The notes: generated from the letters alone by a model not told the origin. A stretch of 64,000 bases of DNA from an uncultured Bacilli bacterium (GCA_947624175.1 CANQJD010000001.1:1897-65896), one strand, 5' to 3'. Numbered from the stretch's first letter, positions 50,723 through 60,312 are shown. Made by a program: numbers and translations.

Positions 50723-53110
50723 ATGTATGATTTAGGTCCCCAATTTTATATTAATTTAGATAAATTAAAGACCAATTCTTCTGCTATACTTCAAGGTCAA
50801 AAATTTAGAATTTCCATTTTAACTGAAAGGTTAATTAGACTTGAGTATAGTGAAACAGGAAAGTTTGTTGATTTAGCATCGGCTTTAGTTGTAAATCGGA
50901 ATTTTCCATTTCCAGAATTTTTAGTCAAAGAAGATGGTGGCAATTTTTATATTGAAACTAAATATATTACTTTAAAATATGCTAAAGAAAGCAAATTTAC
51001 AGAAAAAAGTTTATCGGCTGTTATAACCTTTAGTCGGAAGGAATGGTTTTATACTCAAAAAGAAGTTAGAAATTATGGTGGGACTACGGTATCACTTGAT
51101 AATACTATCAAAATGCCTGGCCTTGATAAGGGATTAATTAGTCCTGAAATGTTTGTTGTATTAGATGACTCGGATAGTATTTTATTAGATGGTAGTTCAA
51201 ATGTTTATAAACGTGAAGAAGGTTCAAAAGATATTTATTTATTTGCATATGGTAATGATTTCAATGAAGTATTAAAAGATTATTATACTTTAACAGGATA
51301 CCCTGCTTTTTTACCTCGTTATGCGCTTGGAAATTGGTGGAGTCGAGATATGCCTTATCTTGATGAACATATTGTAACTTTATTAAATAAATTTCGAATT
51401 AATAGTATTCCTATTTCTGTCTTTTTGTTTGACAAAGATTGGAGTATTAAAAATACTAAAGTATCTACAAGTTCAGGATTTACATTCAATAAAAGTTTAA
51501 TTAGAGAACCTGAAAAACTAATTAGTATTTTACATCAAATGAATGTTAAAGTCGGAGTTAAAGTTAATCCAAAAGATGGAATTTTGCCTCATGAAGAATA
51601 TTTTCCTCAAGCTCGTGAATATATTCAATTAAATAAAAAAGGTTATATTGATTTTAACCCATTTGATGCAAGATTTATGGATCTTTATTTTAAGATATTT
51701 TTACATCCATTAGAAAAACTAGGAATTGATTTATACTGGAATGATTATGATGTTTTAGAAAATAGAAATACGATGTTTATTTTAAATGATTATATGAAAA
51801 AAGACATGGAACGAAATGGCAATAGAAGTTTAATTTTAGGACGAAATGCTAATTTTGCTCCTCATAGATATCCGGTTTTATATTCTGGACATAATGTTAT
51901 TAGTTTTGATGTTTTAAAGTTTTTGCCACTATTCAATATAACAGCTGCTAATATTGGTGTTTCTTTATGGAGTCATGATGTTGGAGGATCTGTTGGAGGA
52001 ATTGAAGATGACGAACTTTATATTAGAAGTGTGCAATTTGGTGTTTTCTCCCCTATTCTAAGATTTAATACAGAGTTTGGTACTTATTATAAAAGAGAAC
52101 CATGGCGGTGGGATGTTGTAACCAATAATATTGTAAGTTACTATTTAAGACTAAGAAATCAATTAATTCCTTATTTATACACAGAACTTTATTATTATCA
52201 TAAAGAAGGTATTCCTTTGATTAAACCATTTTATTATGAATATCCTTTTGTTTATGATGACCCTATTTATATTAATCAATATTTCTTTGGTTCTTCAATG
52301 CTAGTCTCTCCTATTGTTAAGAAAAGCGATCCTTTAATAAATAGGACGATTCAGAAGTTCTTTATTCCAGATGGTGTATGGTATGATTTTAAAACAGGTA
52401 AAAAGTTTATTGGTAATAAAAAGTATGTTTCATTTTATAATATTGAAGATTATCCAGTGTTTGTTCGGGCTGGTGCTATTATTCCAACTTCTGGAGTAAA
52501 TTATGTAATGTCAACTGATGCTCCTAAAGAATTAGAAATTCATGTCTTCCCAGGTGCTAGTAACTCTTATAATTTATATGAAGATGATGGTTTAACCAAT
52601 AAATATGAAGAAGGTTTTTATGCTATTACCCATATTGAATATAATTATTTAACTAATAACTATACTTTAATAATTAATACAGCCGAAGGTAACCAAGGAA
52701 TGTTCTTTAAAACTCGGGACTATCGAATTAGATTCCGAAATACGAAACAAGCTGAAAGTGTTAAAGTATATTCTAATGATACCGAGATACCTTTTGTCTC
52801 TTATGTCATGGATACAGATTTTGTTGTTGAAATTAAAGATTTTAATCCTAATACCCAACTTATGATAAATTGTCAAGGCAAAGATATTGAAATAGATGCT
52901 TTAATGCTTTTAGATAATGATATTGATAGTATTTTATCAGATTTAAAAGTACCAACTAAATTAAAAGATACAATTGCTTCAATTTTATATGATAAAGACA
53001 CATCTATTCCTAAGAAGAGAATAGGTATTCGAAAACTTAAGAAGAAAGGTTTAGATAAAAGAAGTATTAAAGTATTCTTAAGATTGATTGAATATATGCA
53101 AGAAGTATAA
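50723..53110 (+). CDS. glycoside hydrolase family 31-like protein
   Basis: 795 aa. DLYWNDYDV resembles the GH31 nucleophile motif WxDMNE, and LWSHDVGG resembles the acid/base region. Substrate unknown. Confidence 0.6.
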   Translation: MYDLGPQFYINLDKLKTNSSAILQGQKFRISILTERLIRLEYSETGKFVDLASALVVNRNFPFPEFLVKEDGGNFYIETKYITLKYAKESKFTEKSLSAVITFSRKEWFYTQKEVRNYGGTTVSLDNTIKMPGLDKGLISPEMFVVLDDSDSILLDGSSNVYKREEGSKDIYLFAYGNDFNEVLKDYYTLTGYPAFLPRYALGNWWSRDMPYLDEHIVTLLNKFRINSIPISVFLFDKDWSIKNTKVSTSSGFTFNKSLIREPEKLISILHQMNVKVGVKVNPKDGILPHEEYFPQAREYIQLNKKGYIDFNPFDARFMDLYFKIFLHPLEKLGIDLYWNDYDVLENRNTMFILNDYMKKDMERNGNRSLILGRNANFAPHRYPVLYSGHNVISFDVLKFLPLFNITAANIGVSLWSHDVGGSVGGIEDDELYIRSVQFGVFSPILRFNTEFGTYYKREPWRWDVVTNNIVSYYLRLRNQLIPYLYTELYYYHKEGIPLIKPFYYEYPFVYDDPIYINQYFFGSSMLVSPIVKKSDPLINRTIQKFFIPDGVWYDFKTGKKFIGNKKYVSFYNIEDYPVFVRAGAIIPTSGVNYVMSTDAPKELEIHVFPGASNSYNLYEDDGLTNKYEEGFYAITHIEYNYLTNNYTLIINTAEGNQGMFFKTRDYRIRFRNTKQAESVKVYSNDTEIPFVSYVMDTDFVVEIKDFNPNTQLMINCQGKDIEIDALMLLDNDIDSILSDLKVPTKLKDTIASILYDKDTSIPKKRIGIRKLKKKGLDKRSIKVFLRLIEYMQEV

Positions 53111-53189
53111 AAAAATAATAAAAATGACATTTTTGTGTTAAAAAAACTTGCTATTTAATATAATTGTAGTATAATTATAAATGTCTAGG

Positions 53190-53224
53190 ACTGATAGCCA
53201 TTAAATGGTGCGTCAGTTTTTTTT
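53190..53224 (+). terminator. intrinsic terminator after the GH31 gene
   Basis: actga..gccatt / aatggt..tcagt hairpin with an internal loop, followed by T8. Confidence 0.6.
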
Positions 53225-53290
53225 AATATTGCATTCAATAATAAAAAGACTTATTATCTACTTTATTTAAAAATTAGTTAATAAGTCTAA

Positions 53291-53560
53291 TTAAAAATCT
53301 CTTTCTACAAAAAACTCTTTAATATCTACTTCTAATACTTTTGAAATTCGGTATAAAACGGCAATACTAAATGACTGTTGAACTTTTGAAGATTCTATAT
53401 TACTAATTAAACTATGACTTAAGTCAGCTTTTTCAGCTAATTTTTCTTGAGTCATTTTACCATAAGAACTAAATTTACTTTTATTATGTAATCTAAAATA
53501 TTTTATATTTTTACTTACTAATTCATATATATATCTATCATCTTCAGGACTAAAATTCAT
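53291..53560 (-). CDS. XRE-family helix-turn-helix regulator
   Basis: MTQEKLAEKADLSHSLISNIESSK is a classic Cro/CI-type HTH. Divergent from the target-gene paralogue. Confidence 0.8.
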   Translation of the reverse strand: MNFSPEDDRYIYELVSKNIKYFRLHNKSKFSSYGKMTQEKLAEKADLSHSLISNIESSKVQQSFSIAVLYRISKVLEVDIKEFFVERDF

Positions 53561-53693
53561 ATTATCACCACCTATATATATTTTCTCATTTATAGTAGAA
53601 AAGAATTATATACATATTATAGAAAAATATTCTACAATTAGTGGTAATTTTCAGAAATATATGTTATACTTATGTAGATGATTGGATTAAAAT

Positions 53694-55259
53694 ATGAAAA
53701 GAAGAAATGTAATTATATTAATGATATCACTTAGTTTAGTCTTGTTATTAGGTTCTAGTTATGCTCTTTTAAGAAGTAGTCAAGTTGGTAGTAATCCTTA
53801 TGTAATTAATGTAGGAACATTACAAGTAACCTTTGAGGAAGGTAAAACTGAAAAATTGAACTTAGAAAATATGTATCCGATGAGTGATAAGGAAGGAATC
53901 AGTCAATCTGATGAATTAGGATTTACAGTTAAGAATACCGGAACAGTCGCTTCGTACTATGATGTATATATAGAAGAAACAAGTACCACTCCTGAATTTA
54001 AAAGTGTTATAAGATTTATAAGTAATAAAGATAATCAAGGATATAATGAACCTAAAACATTAAGTGAAGATAAGAATATAGATGTAGGAGGATATTTAAA
54101 GGCTAATGAAAGTAGTAGTTATAAAGTAAAAATTTGGTTAGATTATAATGCAGACAATACCTATATGGATAAGACTTTTACAGCGAAAGTTTTAGTAAAT
54201 AGTTTTCAAGAAAGCAAGTATGCAAAAGATGTAATTAAGAGTAAATTAGTAAAATATTCTGAATCAAGTAAAGAAAATTTTGAAGGTGGACTAATTGCTG
54301 TTAATACTGATGGGGATTTATATAATGAAACTATTGCTAGTGAAACGATAAGAGAATATAGATATTCTGGGCTAACTGTTAATAACTATGTAACTTTTAA
54401 TGATGAGACTTGGAGAATAATTGGAGTATTTCCTGATGAAGTAGGACAAGAACACATTAAAATCGTACGAAATGAAATATTAAGTGGAATATTTCCTGAA
54501 AGTTACAAAATTAATGAAATAACCTATAAAATAAAAGGTGATAGTGAAAATTATACTTATAAAAATTATATTACTGGTACTTATTCAGACAATAGTGACT
54601 GGGCAACAGCTGGATTGCAATATTGGTTAAATACTAAAAGTGATGCTGATGGAATCAATAAAGGTTATTTAAATTATTTGAGTGAAGATAATTTTAATAT
54701 GATAGAAGAAACAAAATATTATTTAGGTGCAGTAACTGCTAATCATGAAGGAAGTATAGTTTTAATCGATACCCCAAAAGATGCGTATAAATATGAGAGA
54801 GCAGTTGGTGGATGTGAAGCGAATAAAGGTTCGACAGAAAATAATAGTGCAATTCAAATAGAATCAAATGCAACCTGTCGAGTATGGGTAAACAATAATG
54901 CAACCTGGAAAGGTAAAATTGCTTTATTATATCTAAGTGATTATGGTTATAGTGCTAATAGCAAATATTGGGAAACATCATTGGGACTTAATTCATTTGA
55001 TAAAGATCCAGTCAATACAACTTGGCTTTCAAAACCTATAAATATTTCAATAAATGAATGGCTTTTATCACCTACAACTCATACTACAAATACTTATACA
55101 ACATCGCTTGTTTCTCGTTGGAATATGAGTGGCTTTGGTTCTACAAGAAGTGTTTTTTATGCTGATAGTGTTCTTAGACCTTGTGTTTACTTAAAGTCAA
55201 ATGTAAAAATAACATCAGGTGATGGAACATTTGAAAATCCATATGATTTGACTTATTGA
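53694..55259 (+). CDS. non-diversified paralogue of the DGR target protein
   Basis: Shares these blocks with 45291..47009: IREYRYSG.(T)VNNY, WRIIGVF, H(L/I)KIVRN, DWATAGLQYWLNT, ATW.GKIAL.Y.SDYG, EWLLSP, (V/L)RP...LKSN..IT.GDG. The VR-equivalent DNA (about 55060-55200) is AT-rich and does not match TR. Confidence 0.8.
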   Translation: MKRRNVIILMISLSLVLLLGSSYALLRSSQVGSNPYVINVGTLQVTFEEGKTEKLNLENMYPMSDKEGISQSDELGFTVKNTGTVASYYDVYIEETSTTPEFKSVIRFISNKDNQGYNEPKTLSEDKNIDVGGYLKANESSSYKVKIWLDYNADNTYMDKTFTAKVLVNSFQESKYAKDVIKSKLVKYSESSKENFEGGLIAVNTDGDLYNETIASETIREYRYSGLTVNNYVTFNDETWRIIGVFPDEVGQEHIKIVRNEILSGIFPESYKINEITYKIKGDSENYTYKNYITGTYSDNSDWATAGLQYWLNTKSDADGINKGYLNYLSEDNFNMIEETKYYLGAVTANHEGSIVLIDTPKDAYKYERAVGGCEANKGSTENNSAIQIESNATCRVWVNNNATWKGKIALLYLSDYGYSANSKYWETSLGLNSFDKDPVNTTWLSKPINISINEWLLSPTTHTTNTYTTSLVSRWNMSGFGSTRSVFYADSVLRPCVYLKSNVKITSGDGTFENPYDLTY

Positions 55260-55273
55260 TAAAAATTTAGTAT

Positions 55274-55305
55274 AATACTACCCAAACAAGGGGGGTAGTA
55301 TTTTT
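55274..55305 (+). terminator. intrinsic terminator after the paralogue gene
   Basis: aatactaccc-aaacaagg-gggtagtatt plus T-run. The next ATG (55306) follows immediately, and its only SD-like purines lie inside the hairpin. Confidence 0.6.
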
Positions 55306-56088
55306 ATGATAGAAGACAAAGAGTTATTAGAACTTGAAGGTATAATTCAAGAAAATAAGAAACATACTTTATTAGATAAAGTATTTGAATCTAAAAAAAT
55401 AGATGTTATTATTAAGAAAGTTCAAAATATCTATAATAAAATCTACCAAGAATTATTTATTAAACTAGATTTAAAAAATGATTTAAAACAAGGTAAATTA
55501 TTTACGATATTAGTAGCTATAATTTCTTTAATTACTTTAACGATTATCCTTTTTGTTTTAATGAACTCCTTGCTTGGATTAAATTTAATCTTTACTCTAT
55601 TTAAATATAGTTTATTTTCTTTAAACTGGCTTTATAAAATAATTAAAAATAAAGGAATATTAATTAAAAAATATTTAAGTAACTTATTTCCTCAAAGTGA
55701 ATTATTAAAAAATAAAGAAGAAAATAAATTTCAAACTAATTCTAATTTTACGAATCTAATATTTAATGAAATTAATAATTTAGTTAAAAGAATAAATAAA
55801 ATGAATTTAGATTTAGAAGAAGAAAAAGAATTAGTTGTAAAACTTAAGGAAATTGTTTTAATGCTTCAAAATGAAGATGGAACTTTTGAACAAGAAATTA
55901 AATTTTTAGATACTAAACAAGAAATTGCCAAGAGATTAAGTGAAGTTGAATGTTTCTTAAATAATAAAGAATTAGAAGATAAAAATCAAGATGAATTTTT
56001 AGTTCATAAAGAGACTATAATAGAAGATTTAGATAATTTGATTGAAAATGATACAAAAAGTTTTCAAAAGAGGTTGAAAAATATTTAA
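55306..56088 (+). CDS. hypothetical membrane / coiled-coil protein
   Basis: Long ORF with a central hydrophobic region (LFTILVAIISLITLTIILFVLMNSLLGLNLIF). No family recognised. Confidence 0.5.
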   Translation: MIEDKELLELEGIIQENKKHTLLDKVFESKKIDVIIKKVQNIYNKIYQELFIKLDLKNDLKQGKLFTILVAIISLITLTIILFVLMNSLLGLNLIFTLFKYSLFSLNWLYKIIKNKGILIKKYLSNLFPQSELLKNKEENKFQTNSNFTNLIFNEINNLVKRINKMNLDLEEEKELVVKLKEIVLMLQNEDGTFEQEIKFLDTKQEIAKRLSEVECFLNNKELEDKNQDEFLVHKETIIEDLDNLIENDTKSFQKRLKNI

Positions 56089-56094
56089 AAATAC

Positions 56095-56242
56095 TTGCAA
56101 TACAATAAAAAATATGATAATATGAATACATGAAGAAAAACTTCATAAAATAAAAAAGGATATACCTAATTGTCACAAGTTAGGTACTATTCCAGGTTTT
56201 GGAAGCACACCAACGATAGACAAACGTTAGTGTGCTGTTTTA
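56095..56242 (+). ncRNA. candidate antitoxin sRNA with its promoter (type I TA)
   Basis: TTGCAA (56095-56100), 17-nt spacer, TAATAT (56118-56123). The predicted transcript runs from about 56130 to the hairpin agcacac..aacg/cgtt..gtgtgct plus TTTT (about 56203-56242). It is fully antisense to the 3' UTR of the toxin mRNA. The ends are inferred. Confidence 0.4.
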
Positions 56243-56338
56243 CTAGCTAACTAGCAAAATTGCTAGTACTAGTTCTAGGGCAAAAATCCCTAGAAGTAGT
56301 AATGATACTACTTGAAAAAAGAATTCTCTTTTAAACAT
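56243..56338 (-). CDS. candidate type I toxin: 31-aa hydrophobic peptide
   Basis: Hand translation gives MFKREFFFQVVSLLLLGIFALELVLAILLVS, stop TAG. A GGAGGTGG RBS lies 4 nt upstream. Absent from the ORF track because it is under 60 aa. Confidence 0.55.
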   Translation of the reverse strand: MFKREFFFQVVSLLLLGIFALELVLAILLVS

Positions 56339-56443
56339 AGTACCACCTCCTTTAAATAGATTTTTAAACTGTACTAAACAACTTGAATTAAAATTGTCTA
56401 TATAAAGGAACAGCACCTAACGAATTAGGTATATCCATTTATA

Positions 56444-56472
56444 ATTATAAATTAATGAGATATTAAAGTCAA
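56444..56472 (-). promoter_or_regulatory. near-consensus sigma-A promoter for the toxin mRNA
   Basis: The minus strand reads TTGACT, 17-nt spacer, TATAAT. This predicts a start about 7 nt downstream, at GGATATACC (56436). Confidence 0.55.
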
Positions 56473-56634
56473 TAAATTTAAGATAATTATTTTAATAAAA
56501 TTACTAAAATTGTATCATTGAAATAATTTCCTTATGCATGATTGTGAATAGTAATTTAATTATTCATAAGGAAATATAGCTTAAAATCAAAAAAATGCTT
56601 GCAAAAAAAAGATATTTATGGTTAAATATGTGTA

Positions 56635-56819
56635 TCAATTATTTAAAGAAGTAGTAATATCTATTCTTTTTGAAGAGAGTTAGTGGTTGGTGCAAACTAA
56701 TAAAAGAGTATTTATGAACTTGTCTTTTAGAAAATAATTCGTTAATCGCGTTAAGATAATTAAGTAAATTAAGGATGGTACCGTGCTTTGCACTCCTTTG
56801 GTATCATTCTTTTATTTTT
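56635..56819 (+). promoter_or_regulatory. T-box riboswitch leader (candidate Leu/CUU specifier) with terminator
   Basis: AGAGAG...GGTGCAA stem I elements and a candidate CUU specifier at 56719-56721. The T-box motif is AAGGATGGTACCGTG (56771-56785). The terminator arms ggatggtacc and ggtatcattc are followed by ttttattttt. Confidence 0.75.
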
Positions 56820-56830
56820 AGGAGGTGTTG

Positions 56831-57205
56831 ATGAAGCTTACCGATTTATATTGGTTTTTAGGAACTTTTGTGGTGGTTTACCTACTCTATTTCTTTTTTC
56901 AGGTAATTAGAAAGAAGAAAATGGATAAAAAAAGAGTTCCTGTTGAACTCTTGTTGCTTATTAAAAAGTATAAATTAGATATAGATAAGATAAATTATCG
57001 GAGTATTATGAATAAAATTGCTTTAGTAAGTGCATTTGATATAGCCTTTATTGCAGTATTTGTAATGAAATTTATCGATAATATATACTTATCAATTATA
57101 GTTGGAGGAGTTTTATTTATACCTCTTATCTTAATAACTTATAATTTTATAGGAAAGTACTATGTACGGAAAGGATTGATTACAAATGGAAACAAAGAAA
57201 ATTGA
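56831..57205 (+). CDS. small membrane protein, first gene of the T-box-controlled leuS operon
   Basis: Three hydrophobic segments. A GGAGG RBS lies at 56821-56825. The 3' end overlaps the leuS start by 20 nt. Confidence 0.55.
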   Translation: MKLTDLYWFLGTFVVVYLLYFFFQVIRKKKMDKKRVPVELLLLIKKYKLDIDKINYRSIMNKIALVSAFDIAFIAVFVMKFIDNIYLSIIVGGVLFIPLILITYNFIGKYYVRKGLITNGNKEN

Positions 57206-59585
57206 AGCAAAATGGCAAAAGTATTGGAAAAAGAATCATACTTTTGAAGCTAAGAATAATAGTACAAAGGAGAAATACTATGTTTTAGTAGAATTTCCTT
57301 ATCCAAGTGGAGCTGGTCTTCATGTTGGACATGTAAGAAGTTATGCATCTCTTGATGCCGTTGCAAGAAAAAAAAGGATGGAAGGATATAATGTTTTATT
57401 TCCAATGGGTTGGGATGCTTTTGGATTGCCAGCTGAAGAGTATGCTATAAAAAATCATGTTCATCCAAGTGTTGCAGTCAAAGAGAATATTAAAACTTTT
57501 AAAGGACAACTTGAAAGTTTAGGTTTATCATTTGATTGGAGTCGTGAGTTTGCAACAACGGATCCTGAATATTATAAATGGACTCAGTGGCAATTTTTAA
57601 AATTCTATGAAGCAGGACTTGCTTATAAAGATAAGAAAACTATTAACTGGTGTCCTAATTGTAAAATAGGTCTTGCTAATGAAGAAGTTGAAGGCGGTTG
57701 CTGTGAAAGATGTGGAGGTCCTATCGTTCATCGTGAAAAAGAACAATGGATGCTTGGTATGAAAGAATATGCCGAAAGACTTCTTGATGGACTTGCTGAT
57801 ACTGAGTTCCAAGAGAAAACCAAACTTGCTCAAATTAATTGGATAGGTAAATCAACGGGTGCTGAAATTGACTTTGCAATCGATGATACAGATGAAAAAT
57901 TAAAAGTTTATACAACTCGTCCTGATACAATCTTTGGAGTTACCTTCATGGTAATTGCTCCTGAACATCCAATTTTAAAGAAATTAGAAGCAAGAATTTT
58001 AAATATGGATGAAATTAAAGAATATCAAGAATTTGCTAGTCATAAAAGTGAAATGGAAAGAACACAACTTAATAAAGATAAAACGGGAGTTAAGATTTTA
58101 GGTTTTTATGCTATTAATCCAGTTACTAAAGATAAAATACCAGTTTATATCTCAGATTATGTTATGATGAACTATGGAACAGGTGCGATTATGGCAGTTC
58201 CTGCTCATGATGAAAGAGACTTTGAGTTTGCTCATAAATTCTCTATTCCAATAATTGAAGTTATTAAAGGTGGAAACATTAAAGAAGAAGCCTATGTTGG
58301 AGATGGAGAAATGATTAATTCCGGATTCTTGAATGGCATTACAACCAAAGAAGAAGCCATCAAGAAAATGCTTGATTATTTAGAACAAGAAGGTTTAGGT
58401 CATGCAGCCGTTAAATATCGTCTTCAAGATTGGGTTTTCTCCCGTCAAAGATTTTGGGGTGAACCAATTCCAATGATTAAATGTCCAACTTGTGGTTGGG
58501 TTCCCGTTCCTTATGAAGATTTACCAGTTAAACTTCCAAATGTTGCATCTTATGAACCAACCGAAAATGGAGAAAGTCCCCTTGCCTCTATTCCAGAGTT
58601 CGTGAATACGACTTGTCCAAAATGTGGTGGTCCTGCTAAACGTGAGACTGATACAATGCCTAACTGGGCTGGATCTTCATGGTATTGGCTACGTTATATG
58701 GATCCTCATAACGACAAAGAATTCGTTTCAAGAGAAGCTTTAGATTACTTCGGTCAAGTTGATTGGTATAATGGTGGTATGGAACATGCAACCAGACACT
58801 TACTTTATGCAAGATTTTGGAATAACTTTCTATACGATCAAGGATTAGTACCAAATAAAGAACCATTTAAAATTCGGACCAGTCATGGAATGATACTTGG
58901 GGCTAATGGTGAGAAGATGAGTAAATCAAAAGGAAATGTTATTAATCCTAATGATTGCATAGATGAATATGGTGCTGATGCTTTAAGAGTTTATGAAATG
59001 TTTATTGGAGACTATGAAAAAGAAGTTAATTGGAATACTAATAGTTTAAATGGTTGTAAGAAATTCCTTGATCGAGTTGAAAGAATTGCTAGTAAATTAA
59101 ATAGTAAGATAACTTATACAGAAAGTTTAGAAGTTTTAATCAATAAAACAATTAAGAAAGTAACCGAAGATTTAGATAATTTAAAATTTAATACGGCTAT
59201 TTCAAGTTTAATGATTTTATTAAATGAAATGGAAAAATTAGAAAAAATAACCAAAAAAGATTATCGAACTTTATTACTACTTCTTAATCCAATGGCACCT
59301 CATATCACGGAAGAACTAAACGAAAAATACGAATTAGGTGCTCATCTATGTGAATCTAAATGGCCAAAATATGACCCTGAAAAATTAATTGATGATACAG
59401 TTACGATTGCTATTCAAGTAAATGGTAAACTTCGAGGAACAATTGAAGTTCCAACTGATTCAACTGAAAATAAAATTCAAAAATTAGCTTTAGAAAACGA
59501 AAATGTTCAAAAACATGTTGATGGCAAAGAAATAGTTAAAGTAATTGTTATCAAAAATAAGATAGTTAATATTGTTGTAAGATAA
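57186..59585 (+). CDS. leuS: leucyl-tRNA synthetase
   Basis: HVGH (HIGH-type) and KMSKS motifs, the CP1 editing domain and zinc-binding cysteines. Confidence 0.96.
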   Translation: METKKIEAKWQKYWKKNHTFEAKNNSTKEKYYVLVEFPYPSGAGLHVGHVRSYASLDAVARKKRMEGYNVLFPMGWDAFGLPAEEYAIKNHVHPSVAVKENIKTFKGQLESLGLSFDWSREFATTDPEYYKWTQWQFLKFYEAGLAYKDKKTINWCPNCKIGLANEEVEGGCCERCGGPIVHREKEQWMLGMKEYAERLLDGLADTEFQEKTKLAQINWIGKSTGAEIDFAIDDTDEKLKVYTTRPDTIFGVTFMVIAPEHPILKKLEARILNMDEIKEYQEFASHKSEMERTQLNKDKTGVKILGFYAINPVTKDKIPVYISDYVMMNYGTGAIMAVPAHDERDFEFAHKFSIPIIEVIKGGNIKEEAYVGDGEMINSGFLNGITTKEEAIKKMLDYLEQEGLGHAAVKYRLQDWVFSRQRFWGEPIPMIKCPTCGWVPVPYEDLPVKLPNVASYEPTENGESPLASIPEFVNTTCPKCGGPAKRETDTMPNWAGSSWYWLRYMDPHNDKEFVSREALDYFGQVDWYNGGMEHATRHLLYARFWNNFLYDQGLVPNKEPFKIRTSHGMILGANGEKMSKSKGNVINPNDCIDEYGADALRVYEMFIGDYEKEVNWNTNSLNGCKKFLDRVERIASKLNSKITYTESLEVLINKTIKKVTEDLDNLKFNTAISSLMILLNEMEKLEKITKKDYRTLLLLLNPMAPHITEELNEKYELGAHLCESKWPKYDPEKLIDDTVTIAIQVNGKLRGTIEVPTDSTENKIQKLALENENVQKHVDGKEIVKVIVIKNKIVNIVVR

Positions 59586-59601
59586 ATTCTTACAACTTTT
59601 T
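59574..59601 (+). terminator. intrinsic terminator overlapping the leuS stop codon
   Basis: gttgtaaga-taaat-tcttacaac followed by ttttt. Confidence 0.7.
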
Positions 59602-59665
59602 GTTTTAAATAAAGATTTCTGTGGTATAATTGATTTAGAATATATTCTCGGTTGGAGGTGATAAA

Positions 59666-60295
59666 ATGATACTTAAGGATTTAATTTTAGAATATGATGA
59701 TGACCCAGAAATGCTTGCTAATGTTTTAAAACTTTTAGATGGTACTATTAGATATATTCATAGTCAAGGTTATTATATTAGAGATTTTAATCCTTCTAAA
59801 ATCATTTTAACTAATCACCCCCCTAACCTTTCTAATTTTCATGGCTTAATTGATAGAATTGATTCTGACCCAAGACGAGATATCAATATAAACATTTATC
59901 AAATGGCTAAAATAGGTTTAATGGCTTATAATCATTTTCCAATTGATGGTAATATGAATCAAGATCATTTTAATTTTATTTTAGATAATTTGCAAGAATT
60001 TAATCGAAATGGTTTGATACCAAGTGATATATATGAATATTATGAAGATTTATTTATAAATGGAAATGTTAATTATTTAACAGCTTATTTAGAAAATAAA
60101 AATTCGTTAGAAGGAAGAAGTGCTGGTATTAGAAAATCTTTAGCAACGGAAGCTGGTAAAGCCTTATCAGCAAATGGTTTACAATTAAACTCAAATAATG
60201 AAGATAAAGCTTTTGTAAATATCTTATTTATACCAAGTATTTTGGCTCTTCTTTATTTAGTAGGTTTAATTATCTATATTTTCTTTATAAAATAA
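59666..60295 (+). CDS. membrane-anchored protein with a degenerate protein-kinase catalytic-loop-like segment
   Basis: LLDGTIRYIHSQGYYIRDFNPSKIIL resembles the HRDxKPxN region but has no Gly-rich loop or VAIK region. C-terminal TM segment (ILFIPSILALLYLVGLIIYIFFI). An extended -10 element (TGgTATAAT) lies at 59622-59630. Confidence 0.5.
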   Translation: MILKDLILEYDDDPEMLANVLKLLDGTIRYIHSQGYYIRDFNPSKIILTNHPPNLSNFHGLIDRIDSDPRRDININIYQMAKIGLMAYNHFPIDGNMNQDHFNFILDNLQEFNRNGLIPSDIYEYYEDLFINGNVNYLTAYLENKNSLEGRSAGIRKSLATEAGKALSANGLQLNSNNEDKAFVNILFIPSILALLYLVGLIIYIFFIK

Positions 60296-60312
60296 TAAAT
60301 TAGGTGGTATAT

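Noticed and set aside
53148-53224. Promoter-like TTGCTA-16-TATAAT followed within about 15 nt by the terminator hairpin, considered as a tiny sRNA gene.
   Set aside because: The predicted transcript would be only about 40 nt and consist essentially of the GH31 terminator. Promoter-like hexamers are frequent in DNA this AT-rich.
45291-56500. The DGR neighbourhood considered as a prophage or integrative element.
   Set aside because: I found no integrase, recombinase, terminase, capsid/tail or tRNA attachment site. The flanking genes are ordinary chromosomal functions (radical SAM, VanY, GH31, leuS).
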